From: Minisyncoccota bacterium
Lineage (GTDB): Bacteria > Patescibacteriota > Minisyncoccia > Phycocordibacterales > GCA-2747955
Length of the DNA stretch: 34,139 nt
Assembly (NCBI GenBank): GCA_937958705.1
Contig: CALGNJ010000049.1
Coordinates: forward strand, 1 to 34,139
Reading direction: 5' to 3'
The notes beneath the pieces were generated by a model, which saw nothing but the letters and a program-made list of their open reading frames with translations, had not been told where the DNA came from and searched no databases. Position numbers and translations under genes: made by a program. Within the stretch, counting starts at the first letter, position 1. Every line of letters starts with the position of its first letter. Positions 19,283 through 29,305 of this stretch are shown here, one piece after another.

Positions 19283-20701
19283 ATGAAAAAACATTACGAC
19301 GTAATTGTAGTCGGTGCAGGATCAGGAGGTCTCACCTCTGCGGTAGGATTTAAAAATATTGGCAAGTCCGTACTCCTTGTTGAGCGTGAACACATGGGTG
19401 GTGAATGTACAAATACTGGGTGCATCCCTTCCAAGTCCCTGCTCCATCATGCAAAGTCATATCACAAAGCGAAAAAACTATCTGGCGATACTCCGGAGCT
19501 GAAAACATATCGAATCAATATTCTCTCTCAAGTACAAGCAAAAATTAATGATATCCTTGCGCACGAAACTCCTGAGCAATTTAAAAATATGGGTATCGAT
19601 GTTGTTATGGGTGAAGCAATGTTTACAAGTGAGAAATCTATCACAGTACAAGACCAAGAATATACTTTTGATACATCAGTTATTGCGACCGGATCATCTC
19701 CACGAATGGTAGACGTGCCGGGACTTCAAGAACAGGATCTCTTAACAAACCAAAATGTATTTACACAAGAAAAACTTCCTGAAAAACTTTTGGTTATTGG
19801 ATCTGGACCAATTGGTATGGAGCTCGGGCAAGCCTTTGCAATGCTCGGATCGAACGTAACTATCGCTACAATCGACCATAGATTCGCAAAATTAGAGGAT
19901 GAAGACATATCTCCGATTATAGAAAAGGAGTTTACAGACCTTGGAGTCAATATAATCAAGCGGGCATATATCTCGAAGATCAAAGACGGTGTCGCTTCTT
20001 TCGATATTAAAGATAGTGAGAACACTATAGTAAGCAGTACAGAAGTTCCTTTTGATAAAGTTCTACTTGCAATTGGTCGCGCACCCAATATGCCACAGGG
20101 ATTAGATGTGGCAAAAATAGAACACACCAAGTATGGAGTGACTACAAATAAGCATCACCAAACATCAAACAAAAATATTTTTGCCGTAGGAGATGTTTCA
20201 CTGAAACTCAAATTCACCCACACTGCAGATGACGCAGCTCGTCATGTTGTTAAAAAGGTACTACTTCCCTTCACTAAATCAGACCGCACTAAGCAGGTAC
20301 CAAAGGTAACCTTTACACAACCTGAAATAGCAGCAGTTGGAATGTCTTGGGAACAAGCCATAGAGAACTATGGAGTAAACCAAGTAGTAAAACTCTCCGT
20401 TCCTTACAGCAAGAACGATCGCGCAATTACAGACGAAGCGACTGAGAATGGATTAGCTGTAGTGATTGCAAAGAAGCTGTCTGGAAAAGTTATTGGTGCA
20501 AACATTATTGGTCAATCATCTGGAGAAATAATTTCATTCTTTACCCTAGCTATGGAGCACAATATTTCCCTTTGGAAGGTTAACAAAATTATTTTTCCAT
20601 ATCCAACAGTCTCCCTCATTATTAAAAAGATATCAGATGAATTTCTCTCGTATCAATTACGAAATATCAAATCAGACCTTGCTAATTACTTTAAAAAATA
20701 A
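19283..20701 (+). CDS. Pyridine nucleotide-disulfide oxidoreductase (MerA/dihydrolipoamide dehydrogenase-like)
   Basis: GAGSGG, GGECTNTGCIPSK redox disulfide, IATGS, GSGPIGME, FAVGD; no C-terminal Cys-Cys of true MerA. Confidence 0.92.
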   Translation: MKKHYDVIVVGAGSGGLTSAVGFKNIGKSVLLVEREHMGGECTNTGCIPSKSLLHHAKSYHKAKKLSGDTPELKTYRINILSQVQAKINDILAHETPEQFKNMGIDVVMGEAMFTSEKSITVQDQEYTFDTSVIATGSSPRMVDVPGLQEQDLLTNQNVFTQEKLPEKLLVIGSGPIGMELGQAFAMLGSNVTIATIDHRFAKLEDEDISPIIEKEFTDLGVNIIKRAYISKIKDGVASFDIKDSENTIVSSTEVPFDKVLLAIGRAPNMPQGLDVAKIEHTKYGVTTNKHHQTSNKNIFAVGDVSLKLKFTHTADDAARHVVKKVLLPFTKSDRTKQVPKVTFTQPEIAAVGMSWEQAIENYGVNQVVKLSVPYSKNDRAITDEATENGLAVVIAKKLSGKVIGANIIGQSSGEIISFFTLAMEHNISLWKVNKIIFPYPTVSLIIKKISDEFLSYQLRNIKSDLANYFKK

Positions 20702-20703
20702 CC

Positions 20704-21396
20704 ATGACAGATAACATCAACAAAAAAAAGAACTATGCAAAAGTAGCAGGTCTACTCTTCTGGGCAACACTACTAATTGGATTCTTCTGGTATAAAACAA
20801 CAAACCAGCTCACGTTTCTCGAAATGGCCAAGACTATTGGGAGTGCAGAGGAAACAAAATGGGCACCACTAGTATTTATTATTGTGTACGCACTCAGGCC
20901 ACTCATCTTTTTCCCTGCTACACTCCTCACTATTCTCGCTGGAGTTTTGTTTGGACCAATTTATGGAATCATTTACACAATCGTTGGAGAGAACATGTCT
21001 GCAAACCTTGCCTACTGGGTAGGAAGATTCTTTGGTGGAGATGTAAAACTTCCAGAAGGAATTGTAAAACATCTTAGGGCAACTGCTCAAGAAAACTCGT
21101 TCACCACAGTTTTAATTGCACGGTTTATTTATCTGCCGTTTGACCTCACTAACTATGCATCAGGTATCCTAAAAGTCTCGTGGCCTTCGTACTTCCTGGC
21201 AACTCTGATTGGAATTATGCCTGGATTAACTACTTTCGTACTACTAGGAGCATCATTTGAAAACTTAGCAGATTTTGATCCCTCAATGGTTACATTTGAC
21301 CCTCAAACATTTGGGATTTCCGCAGCACTCTTTGTAGCATCCCTACTTCTTGCTCGTTTCTTTAAGAAACGACAATCACAAAAGAAAACAGCGTAA
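20704..21396 (+). CDS. TVP38/TMEM64 (DedA/VTT) membrane protein
   Basis: FPATLLTILAGVLFG, ARFIYLPFDLTNYASG, YFLATLIGIMPG. Confidence 0.9.
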   Translation: MTDNINKKKNYAKVAGLLFWATLLIGFFWYKTTNQLTFLEMAKTIGSAEETKWAPLVFIIVYALRPLIFFPATLLTILAGVLFGPIYGIIYTIVGENMSANLAYWVGRFFGGDVKLPEGIVKHLRATAQENSFTTVLIARFIYLPFDLTNYASGILKVSWPSYFLATLIGIMPGLTTFVLLGASFENLADFDPSMVTFDPQTFGISAALFVASLLLARFFKKRQSQKKTA

Positions 21397-21399
21397 AAT

Positions 21400-21424
21400 A
21401 AAAACCGCACTGTGCGGTTTTTTT
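21400..21424 (+). terminator. Intrinsic terminator
   Basis: AAAAACCGCAC-t-GTGCGGTTTTTTT. Confidence 0.75.
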
Positions 21425-21442
21425 AATGATACAATGCGCGCA

Positions 21443-22711
21443 ATGAATAACGAGATGTATGACCTTATTGTCATTGGGGGTGGAGCGGCCGGACTAATGG
21501 CTGCTGGAGTAGCTGCTGAGCGAGGCGCATCTGTTTTAGTACTTGAAAAAAACAAAGAGCCTGGAAAAAAATTAAAGATCACAGGAGGAGGCAGATGCAA
21601 CATTTACAATGCTGAATTTGATACAAAAAAACTTCTCGAGAACTATGGTGATGCAAAAAAATACCTCTACTCTCCTTTCTCACAATTTGCAGCAGAAGAA
21701 TCAAAAGAGTTCTTCCACACCATTGGACTACATACCGTAGTGCAAGCACGTAAACGTGCGTTTCCATACACAGAGAAAGCATATGATGTTTTTAAAGTAC
21801 TAGAAGACTACTGCAAAAAACACCGGGTAGAATTTCGAACAGACACTCCTGTAACTCGGATAGATCAAGAGAACGGACAAATCTCTGGTGTACTCTCGAA
21901 AAAAGAACGTTTTTACGCACAAAACTATATTCTCTCAACTGGTGGGCATGCAGCACCTGAAACAGGATCGACTGGTGACGGATTTAAGTTCTTAGAAAAA
22001 CTAGGACACACCGTTCATAAACCCAGCCCAAATATTGTTCCCCTCACCTCAAATGCACAGTGGATTCACCGGCTTGCTGGAACATCTCTTTCATTCATGA
22101 AGATCCGATTTATCCAAGACGGAAAGACACATATCCGTAAAACAGGAAAAGTTCTTCTTACTCACTTTGGTATTTCAGGACCTCTAATTCTTAACTCTGC
22201 ACAAGAAGTACAAGAACTCATGCATGCTGGAGATGTAACCGGATCTATCGACCTATTCCCTGATACAGAACTTAATGATGTTGATCGGCGTATCTGGAGA
22301 ATCTTCGAACAACACAAAAATAAGAAGGTAAAAAACGTAATTAAAGAATTGGTCCCTAGAACGCTTGGGTTAGAACTATTAGCCATGCTCAAAATTGATA
22401 TAGCAGAAACTGATGTTAACGAGGTTTCAAAAGAATCCAGAAAAGAGCTTGCTTATCTGTGTAAAAATCTTGAATTCCCTATTACTGGAACCCTTGGTTG
22501 GGACAAAGCGGTTATTGCGGACGGAGGCGTGCATCTTGATGAAGTTGATTTCAAAACGATGCAATCAAGAAAATTTTCGAACTTGTACTTACTTGGAGAT
22601 ATCCTACATATTAATCGCCCATCCGGAGGATTCTCACTACAATTGTGTTGGACAACTGCCTGGGTTGCAGCACAAGCAATCCCACTCGAGAAAGAAAAAT
22701 GTAAGAGATAA
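21443..22711 (+). CDS. HI0933/BaiN-family NAD(P)/FAD flavoprotein
   Basis: GGGAAGLMAA, GKKLKITGGGRCN, TGSTGDG, THFGISGP, GGFSLQLCW; start moved to ATG 21443. Confidence 0.92.
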   Translation: MNNEMYDLIVIGGGAAGLMAAGVAAERGASVLVLEKNKEPGKKLKITGGGRCNIYNAEFDTKKLLENYGDAKKYLYSPFSQFAAEESKEFFHTIGLHTVVQARKRAFPYTEKAYDVFKVLEDYCKKHRVEFRTDTPVTRIDQENGQISGVLSKKERFYAQNYILSTGGHAAPETGSTGDGFKFLEKLGHTVHKPSPNIVPLTSNAQWIHRLAGTSLSFMKIRFIQDGKTHIRKTGKVLLTHFGISGPLILNSAQEVQELMHAGDVTGSIDLFPDTELNDVDRRIWRIFEQHKNKKVKNVIKELVPRTLGLELLAMLKIDIAETDVNEVSKESRKELAYLCKNLEFPITGTLGWDKAVIADGGVHLDEVDFKTMQSRKFSNLYLLGDILHINRPSGGFSLQLCWTTAWVAAQAIPLEKEKCKR

Positions 22712-22737
22712 AACAGCACTCAGTGAGTGCTGTTTTT
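22710..22737. terminator. Bidirectional terminator
   Basis: AAAACAGCACTCA-g-TGAGTGCTGTTTT. Confidence 0.8.
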
Positions 22738-22748
22738 ATATATAAGAT

Positions 22749-23207
22749 CTATACAGTTTCGTATGTTACTTCTCCTTCTCCAATATGCTCTAAAATTAGT
22801 ACTACTGTTGGAGTTGCTGCGCCCTTCTGTTGCAAATATGCCAGAATCTTGTCTTTCACTTCCTGTAATTGATCTTTCTGAAACGACACTTCTGCCTCTA
22901 AGGAGTCAAAGTTTTTGTGCCCTCCATATGCACCACAGTCTGTATGATGAAAAACGTAAACTGTCTCACCTGCATGTAACCCAACAGCAACTTCGACACC
23001 AAAGAGTAATACTTCGCCCTTTCCATCAAGAATCCACTTTCCTGCTCCTGGTGCAACCAGTGGATCATAGTCACTATTAGCTAGGCCGTATGCTTCTTGT
23101 AAATACTTTGCACGTGCGTCTTGGAACCGTGGGTCTTGGCAACCCAAAATACATGCCTGTACATTATGAATGGCTGTATGTTTTGTTGAAATTGTTATTT
23201 TTGTCAT
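22749..23207 (-). CDS. Beta-class carbonic anhydrase-like protein
   Basis: Zinc-ligand motifs CQDPR and HTDCG. Confidence 0.8.
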   Translation of the reverse strand: MTKITISTKHTAIHNVQACILGCQDPRFQDARAKYLQEAYGLANSDYDPLVAPGAGKWILDGKGEVLLFGVEVAVGLHAGETVYVFHHTDCGAYGGHKNFDSLEAEVSFQKDQLQEVKDKILAYLQQKGAATPTVVLILEHIGEGEVTYETV

Positions 23208-23262
23208 AGTGATTATTATTGTACTCCTCTTGTATTAATTATGTATATATATATATATTGTG

Positions 23263-23302
23263 CACATAAAAAGAGTGACACCTGTGTCACTCTTTTTATG
23301 TG
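23263..23302 (-). terminator. Terminator, 19-bp perfect inverted repeat
   Basis: CACATAAAAAGAGTGACAC-ct-GTGTCACTCTTTTTATGTG. Confidence 0.75.
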
Positions 23303-23304
23303 AA

Positions 23305-23478
23305 TTACATTCCTTTCATCATTGTTCCCATCGCTAGAACAACAAATGCAGCTAGAACTAGCCAGAATGCAACCATACCTCCAAGCATTGGAACGATCCC
23401 AGTGGCTCCTAGTAATCCTAGTGCCGCCAGAACAACAGTTGCCCAGAACACTACTCGTTTTGGTGCATTTAATCGCAT
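23305..23478 (-). CDS. Small two-TM membrane protein, 57 aa
   Basis: MRLNAPKRVVFW...; start moved to ATG 23478; terminator immediately downstream. Confidence 0.7.
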   Translation of the reverse strand: MRLNAPKRVVFWATVVLAALGLLGATGIVPMLGGMVAFWLVLAAFVVLAMGTMMKGM

Positions 23479-23614
23479 ATTACATTTTTTACTACTAGTA
23501 ATATATTCATTATGGCACAAGATTTTTGATACATAAGAGACTTATCCACCACCTGTCTTGAATGGATTATATATATTTCATAAAATGCAAACTTAATTAT
23601 TAAGAACAAAATAT

Positions 23615-24886
23615 ATGTTATTTCCAATACTAGGGTCAATCGTGTTTATTATCGGGTACATTGGTATCGCGATGGAGCACAAGACCCACATTAATAAATC
23701 AGCATGGGCACTATTTACTGGTGGATTTCTTTGGCTCCTTGTCGCACTAAATGACTATAGTGTTATCGAGGATAAGATGATGCATGCTGGCTATGAGATC
23801 TTCTCGATCACCTTGTTCTTACTCGCAGCCATGTCTTTGGTTGAGATATTGATAGCGTGTGGAGTCTTTGATCTATTGCGCCAAAAGATGCTCACCTACA
23901 ATCTTGATAACAAGAAACAATTTCTTATTTTCTTGATTCTGGCATTTTTCTTATCCGGAATCATCGACAACCTAACTGCAACAATTATTCTGCTACAGAT
24001 TGCACGAAAATTCTTTAAAGCCGAAAACCTGCTGGTTGCTGCGGTCGGAGTAGTACTTGCTGCAAACGCAGGAGGTGCATTCTCACCTATTGGAGATATT
24101 ACAACTATCATGTTGTGGATTGCAGGTAAATTTTCTGCATGGGAAATTATTTCACGTGGATTCCTTCCTTCCCTTGCGATCTTCATGGTTGCAGGACTAC
24201 TACTTATGAGGAAGATGCAAAATGCTGATGACGATACACCTCCATCTGAACAGGTAGCTACACTGTCTGTTGGTAGAAAAATCATTGTTGCGGTAACGCT
24301 ATTATCATTTTTTATGCCTATCGCAGCAAAAGCATTACACCTACCTCCAGTATCAGGAATTCTATTTGGACTTGGACTAACATGGTTGCTTGTAGATTTT
24401 TTACACGCACGTGACACAAAAGAGACAAAGTTCTCAGAAGGCATGGAGGAGCTACTCCAAAAGACTGATATCTCTTCAATTAAATTCTTTGTAGGTATCT
24501 TGCTTGCCGTCTCAGCTCTTGAGGCTCTTGGGGTGCTTGGTGCTATCTCTGGATACATCTATGGAGCAGACCAAGAAACAAGCAGAGTGATTATAGGTAA
24601 TGTCGTAATGGGTATGATTTCTTCAATCCTAGATAACATTCCACTTACTGCAATTGCCATTAACATTCTTGAAGCTGGTGATACAAACCTATGGGTCCTT
24701 CTCGCTATTTGTGTAGGAACGGGAGGATCTCTTCTCTCGATTGGATCAGCAGCCGGTGTAGTAGCAATGGGAATTATCAAGGAACTTACGTTCAAAAAAT
24801 ATTTCCAAATTGCATTTATCCCAGCACTTATCTCATACTTTGTAGGTATTACTGTGTGGTGGATCCAAACAACCCTCTTCTTCTAA
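23615..24886 (+). CDS. nhaD: NhaD-type Na+/H+ antiporter (IT superfamily)
   Basis: HINKSAWAL, IIDNLTAT, ANAGGAFSPIGDITTIMLW, DNIPL, GGSLLSIGSAAGVVAMG. Confidence 0.88.
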   Translation: MLFPILGSIVFIIGYIGIAMEHKTHINKSAWALFTGGFLWLLVALNDYSVIEDKMMHAGYEIFSITLFLLAAMSLVEILIACGVFDLLRQKMLTYNLDNKKQFLIFLILAFFLSGIIDNLTATIILLQIARKFFKAENLLVAAVGVVLAANAGGAFSPIGDITTIMLWIAGKFSAWEIISRGFLPSLAIFMVAGLLLMRKMQNADDDTPPSEQVATLSVGRKIIVAVTLLSFFMPIAAKALHLPPVSGILFGLGLTWLLVDFLHARDTKETKFSEGMEELLQKTDISSIKFFVGILLAVSALEALGVLGAISGYIYGADQETSRVIIGNVVMGMISSILDNIPLTAIAINILEAGDTNLWVLLAICVGTGGSLLSIGSAAGVVAMGIIKELTFKKYFQIAFIPALISYFVGITVWWIQTTLFF

Positions 24887-24902
24887 AGAAAAGAAACATA
24901 CA

Positions 24903-24932
24903 CAAAAACACGGACATCAGTCCGTGTTTTTG
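24903..24932. terminator. Bidirectional terminator
   Basis: CAAAAACACGGAC-atca-GTCCGTGTTTTTG. Confidence 0.8.
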
Positions 24933-24960
24933 AATATCGAATAATAATCTTTCTTACTGT

Positions 24961-25716
24961 CTATTTTCTATCAACAAGCGGCATGAGCAAAAATGACCAA
25001 AGGTTCTTTTCTCCTCCATAAGACAATCCTATTGTATCTGGCGTTGCTCTGTTTTTAGTCTTAAAAAGAATATCCCACCATGAAAATATTACCCCGTAGT
25101 TTGAGTCATGTTCTTGACGTTTATCTGAGTGATGAGTTTGATGTAGCCTGGGAGAGATAAGTACATACTCAAGCACATTCTGTACACGTGCAGGCAATGC
25201 AATGTTTGCGTGATGAAACATAGCAAAAATTGTAATGAGTGATTCATACAAAAAGAATACATATAAGGGAACCCCAAAAACGATTAATATACAGGATTTA
25301 AATAGTACAGATAACAATAGTTCGCCTATATGAAAACGCAAAGCAGACGTAACATTAAGATACCTCTCAGCGTGATGTGTTTGATGAAATGACCAAAGGA
25401 ATGGAATCCTATGATTAATCATGTGCCAAAACCAAATAAGTAGATCTAGTATCAGTATTCCAAGTACATATTGAAGTACAACTGGAACATACTCAAACAT
25501 GTTGTGGATAGCAAACTCGCTCACTAATACAAAAACCAATCCCACACTAAGCACGTATGTCACAACTGTATTACATAGAAAAATTTCTGCATTGGTAGTA
25601 TATGAATTCTTCTTTTGTCTCGGTGCATACATCCGCGCTGGTTTATATAATTCCCACACCAACAAAAGCAGCAGTAAAACAAATGAACCGACACTAAGCA
25701 AAAATTCTATTTCCAT
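24961..25716 (-). CDS. Sterol desaturase / fatty acid hydroxylase family protein
   Basis: His boxes HMINH, HQTHH, FHHAN, HQTHHS; SNYG...WDILF. Confidence 0.9.
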   Translation of the reverse strand: MEIEFLLSVGSFVLLLLLLVWELYKPARMYAPRQKKNSYTTNAEIFLCNTVVTYVLSVGLVFVLVSEFAIHNMFEYVPVVLQYVLGILILDLLIWFWHMINHRIPFLWSFHQTHHAERYLNVTSALRFHIGELLLSVLFKSCILIVFGVPLYVFFLYESLITIFAMFHHANIALPARVQNVLEYVLISPRLHQTHHSDKRQEHDSNYGVIFSWWDILFKTKNRATPDTIGLSYGGEKNLWSFLLMPLVDRK

Positions 25717-25724
25717 ATAACTAT

Positions 25725-26252
25725 CTATTCACACGTGAGTGGTTTGTTAATAAGCCTTACTAATTGCCAGACAGAGAATAACAACGCAATAACTCCAAAG
25801 TAAAGAAATTCAGCCCCCCTAAACGGAAGCAGTAGCACTAATCCACCAAGCCCCACGGTCCCTAAAACAGCAGTAAGAGCGAGTGTTCCACATGCAGAGC
25901 AACCAATACCTAAAAGACCTAGCAAAAGCCCTAAAAAGCCAGTTCCTGAGGTTTTAACCAACACAGCACCTTGCTGTTTATAATAAAATACTAGCAGCGA
26001 GATTATTACTCCTGTAAGTACCGCAATCAACAGTGTGGGAATCAGTGTTGGTTCGGTGTTATGTTTTAAGAGCGTGAGTATCGATTCTCGCATGATAGAC
26101 CCTCCTCCTTGGAGTGAATCATCGAGTGCAATTGCTCCCCCAATCTCTTCTAGATGTGGCGTGATCGAAAAAATAATAAAAGAAACAAGTGATATAAAAA
26201 AACCAAGTACTACATACGTTGGCTTTTTAAAAATAGAAACAAGAGTTTTCAT
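25725..26252 (-). CDS. Membrane protein with intramembrane CxxC (GCSACG)
   Basis: Several TM segments; lies directly downstream of the DsbA-like gene. Confidence 0.7.
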   Translation of the reverse strand: MKTLVSIFKKPTYVVLGFFISLVSFIIFSITPHLEEIGGAIALDDSLQGGGSIMRESILTLLKHNTEPTLIPTLLIAVLTGVIISLLVFYYKQQGAVLVKTSGTGFLGLLLGLLGIGCSACGTLALTAVLGTVGLGGLVLLLPFRGAEFLYFGVIALLFSVWQLVRLINKPLTCE

Positions 26253-26289
26253 GAGTACAGTATACCATGAGTGTCAAGCTAACTTAACA

Positions 26290-26973
26290 TTATAACTCCT
26301 CTGTAGGCGTCGCAATATCCTTCTGTGTTTCTGTTTGCACAGCAGATTTTGCCGCATCTATCAGCTCTTGGAACTCTTGGACGGAACTTGCTCTAATCTT
26401 TTCTCCTTGAAGCATAAATGTTGGTGTTGAATTAACTCCAATCGCAGTTCCGCCGTTAAAATCTTGACTGACTTTATTGAGTGCAACATCTGAAGATCTA
26501 TATGCATTAAATGCATCAATATCTAGACCAAGCTCTTGTGCGTATCGTTCAAAGATATCACTTGCTGCCCCTGTCCCCAAACCTGACCACAAAGTTTGTT
26601 CTTCGAATTGCTTTTCAACCATCTGGTCAAATTGTCCTTGAGCTCCAGCCGCTTCAGCTGCCGCTCCAGCCATTCTTGCGTTTCTATGGAAGTGTAGCGG
26701 AAAGTGCCTTGTAACAACTGCAATGTCTGGATTCGCAGCTTTCACTTGATTCATAATCGGGTGAAATGCAGCACAAGCTGGACATTGTAGATCTAAGTAC
26801 TCGAATAATACGACAGATGAATTTACATCCCCAACCACATGATCATCGGCTTGTATCTGTAATACTTTTGAAGTATCAACTGGTGTTGGTGCTTCTTTTG
26901 CTCCATTAACATATAGCCCAAGTCCTATAATTACCGCAAATAGGATAGCGGTTACTGCAATAATTTTATTCAT
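26290..26973 (-). CDS. DsbA/BdbD family thioredoxin-fold protein
   Basis: N-terminal anchor, EYLDLQCPAC, RHFPL, GVNSTPTF. Confidence 0.92.
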   Translation of the reverse strand: MNKIIAVTAILFAVIIGLGLYVNGAKEAPTPVDTSKVLQIQADDHVVGDVNSSVVLFEYLDLQCPACAAFHPIMNQVKAANPDIAVVTRHFPLHFHRNARMAGAAAEAAGAQGQFDQMVEKQFEEQTLWSGLGTGAASDIFERYAQELGLDIDAFNAYRSSDVALNKVSQDFNGGTAIGVNSTPTFMLQGEKIRASSVQEFQELIDAAKSAVQTETQKDIATPTEEL

Positions 26974-27026
26974 AATTTTATATTAAATTTCTACTATTCT
27001 AGCAAACGCATTACGTAAAACAAACG

Positions 27027-28169
27027 CTATAATAAAATAAATGATAGTTCATCAAACTGTATTCCATTAATCTGCAGAACAGCTCGATGTTCACCTGGAT
27101 ACAAAGTCTTGGTAGACATACTTCTCATCATATGTTTCTTGCTCAAAGAGACTGTTTCTCCTGGAGCAAGTAACAACTTCTTAATCTTAAATGTTTTAGG
27201 TGTCATCTCTCCATTCTTTTTCTGAAAATACACAATGTAATCTACTAATAAATCTTGCTTCTTGTTAGACACAGAACTCACATTAAAAGAAAAATTAAAG
27301 CTTTCTCCTACATGCACATGTTCTGTTTCTTGCGCAACCTGATCCACAACAATATTAGGCTTCCTGTACCCAACCAGCCTGAGCGCATCCTTATTACCCT
27401 GATTCACTAAGGTCCTCAATGAGTGTTTGATAATAAAATCAAGTTCTTGTGGTTCTTGCTTCCCTTCTTGTTTCCATTTCTTAAGAGTTGTAATAACAAG
27501 GTTTGGGTCGATTTTAGAAATATCATTCATGTGGTTCGCAACCGACCTGGTAACATATCGGGTTTTGTCAGCATGCAATCTATTCAGAATAGGCATAGGT
27601 CTTGTGTGGTGGGTATGTATTTTATGACACCATGGCAGCATTACTCGTGTTCCCTCACTCGCCAATCGCCGTACGTGATAATTTGCATCTTGCGCGCATT
27701 TTTCTAAAAACGTGAACGACTCATCAGGAAATTCATTAATAAAGTACCGTATCGCGCCTTCGGCTGAAAATCGTTTTGTCATCTCAACCAATGCTGCAAG
27801 CGAATAATCCAGATGCTCTTTGGTACAACCTTTAGTTGCAACAAAATGAGAATATGGCGCAGGTATAAATAATCCAAAGTCATCATCTTGCTTATTTGGG
27901 TCTAGCTCATCTGGCAGTGAAGCGAGGAGTACAGCTACTGTCCCCTCATAGTCTTTTGCAATATAGTGCTCAAAATTATGACAAATCCAATCTATTCTTT
28001 CTTTGAGCTCTAGATCAGGAAACTTAGAGACAACACGCCGTATAAAACTACGAGTCTTAAATTCTGTGTATACCTTCCCTATTTGTTTGGCAAGCTCACT
28101 AACATTTTTTCTATTAAATAATTCATCTTTAAGTGAAAATTTTGGAGTAGTTTCTTTATAGCTTTTCAT
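27027..28169 (-). CDS. DNA alkylation repair glycosylase, AlkC family
   Basis: TKRFSAEGAIRYF, HVRRLASEGTR, YVTRSVANHMNDISK, C-terminal Ig-like LYPGEH...ING. Confidence 0.88.
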   Translation of the reverse strand: MKSYKETTPKFSLKDELFNRKNVSELAKQIGKVYTEFKTRSFIRRVVSKFPDLELKERIDWICHNFEHYIAKDYEGTVAVLLASLPDELDPNKQDDDFGLFIPAPYSHFVATKGCTKEHLDYSLAALVEMTKRFSAEGAIRYFINEFPDESFTFLEKCAQDANYHVRRLASEGTRVMLPWCHKIHTHHTRPMPILNRLHADKTRYVTRSVANHMNDISKIDPNLVITTLKKWKQEGKQEPQELDFIIKHSLRTLVNQGNKDALRLVGYRKPNIVVDQVAQETEHVHVGESFNFSFNVSSVSNKKQDLLVDYIVYFQKKNGEMTPKTFKIKKLLLAPGETVSLSKKHMMRSMSTKTLYPGEHRAVLQINGIQFDELSFILL

Positions 28170-28270
28170 GATGTGAGTCTAACGTACTATCACAGTAATT
28201 TCACCGCCACCTTGTACACAATAAAAATATTAGTCGAAAAAAATTAGTATTTTAGATATACTATACTGAT

Positions 28271-28597
28271 ATGAATATATTAAATGGAATTATCTTTGTC
28301 TTTACCGGTGCAATAATCCTACTGGTGCAAGCTGATGTGGTTGCACTCAGCTTTAACTGGGCGTGGCCGAGTTTACTCGCATTATATGGACTCTATCTCA
28401 TTCTTTCTTCTCAACGAAAAATCGTTGAGAAATCAGTGAGCAGAAAAGCTGCAAAACATGAAGCAAAGCTTGAGAAAAAACTAGAAAAAGAGCACATCAA
28501 AGAGAAAAAAGTTCTTGAAGAAAAGATTCAGGAAAAAGATAAACTTGTCGAAGAAGCAGAAGAAGTAATTGACGATATGGTAAATCCAAAACTATAA
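28271..28597 (+). CDS. Hypothetical protein, two TM helices plus charged coiled-coil tail
   Basis: Clean ORF between a divergent and a convergent neighbour; shared terminator. Confidence 0.65.
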   Translation: MNILNGIIFVFTGAIILLVQADVVALSFNWAWPSLLALYGLYLILSSQRKIVEKSVSRKAAKHEAKLEKKLEKEHIKEKKVLEEKIQEKDKLVEEAEEVIDDMVNPKL

Positions 28598-28634
28598 ATG
28601 AAAAAGACGGCTGAGCCGTCTTTTTCATTTATAG
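28592..28634. terminator. Bidirectional terminator, 20-bp perfect inverted repeat
   Basis: CTATAAATGAAAAAGACGGC-tga-GCCGTCTTTTTCATTTATAG; contains both convergent TAA stops. Confidence 0.85.
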
Positions 28635-29186
28635 TACCTTTCTTGTTGAGTATCGAGCCAAGAAGACAAGCCAAAGAATTACTAAGAATACAGTAAGTGC
28701 CATCAGTGGAATAGTAATGAATCCCCAGATCAAAACATGGTTTGTGGTGCATGATGGGATAATCCCAATTCCAGAACACGGCATCGTTAATATATTGTCG
28801 AAGATAGCCACCTGTACGTGAAAGTAGTAATGCACCGAAGCAAAGAAGGATCCGATTGCTGCGAGTATTCCTATAATTATCTCGTTGAATTTAATTTTTT
28901 TCCAAACAGTCACCAAAACAATAACATCTATTGGGAACATGAAAATTCTTTGCCACCAACAGTACTCACACACCGGTGTTTTATACACAAACTGATACAC
29001 AAGTGCCCCAATGGTTGCAAGGATAGAGAGCACTCCAATTAATTTTATATATACAAAATAATCTACTCCCTGCATCTTCACACGTGCCTGTCTTGAAAAA
29101 GCAAATGCCAGAATACTTATAATTGTAGTAATTGACAGCAACACAAGTGCCGCCGAAAGCACTACCGAATATTGTTCTAAGTTCAT
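28629..29186 (-). CDS. DsbB/BdbC family disulfide bond formation protein
   Basis: PVCEYCWWQRIFMFP, second Cys pair PCSG...SC, GFITIPLMAL. Confidence 0.92.
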   Translation of the reverse strand: MNLEQYSVVLSAALVLLSITTIISILAFAFSRQARVKMQGVDYFVYIKLIGVLSILATIGALVYQFVYKTPVCEYCWWQRIFMFPIDVIVLVTVWKKIKFNEIIIGILAAIGSFFASVHYYFHVQVAIFDNILTMPCSGIGIIPSCTTNHVLIWGFITIPLMALTVFLVILWLVFLARYSTRKVL

Positions 29187-29191
29187 AATCT

Positions 29192-29302
29192 CTATATGAT
29201 ACCAAACTGATAGCCAAGATAAAATCCAAGAGCAAAAACAGCCACAAAAAGGATAACTGCAACAACCATTGATACCTTAGTAACTTCGTTAAACTTAATC
29301 AT
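29192..29302 (-). CDS. Small single-TM protein, 36 aa (not in ORF track)
   Basis: MIKFNEVTKVSMVVAVILFVAVFALGFYLGYQFGII; fills the gap with 3-nt and 5-nt spacing to its neighbours. Confidence 0.6.
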   Translation of the reverse strand: MIKFNEVTKVSMVVAVILFVAVFALGFYLGYQFGII

Positions 29303-29305
29303 ATT

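Noticed and set aside
19283-20701. Mercuric reductase merA
   Set aside because: Lacks the C-terminal Cys-Cys pair, NmerA domain and mer operon context.
23243-23258. (TA)n microsatellite as a phase-variation site
   Set aside because: Short tract in AT-rich promoter DNA; no evidence of variation.
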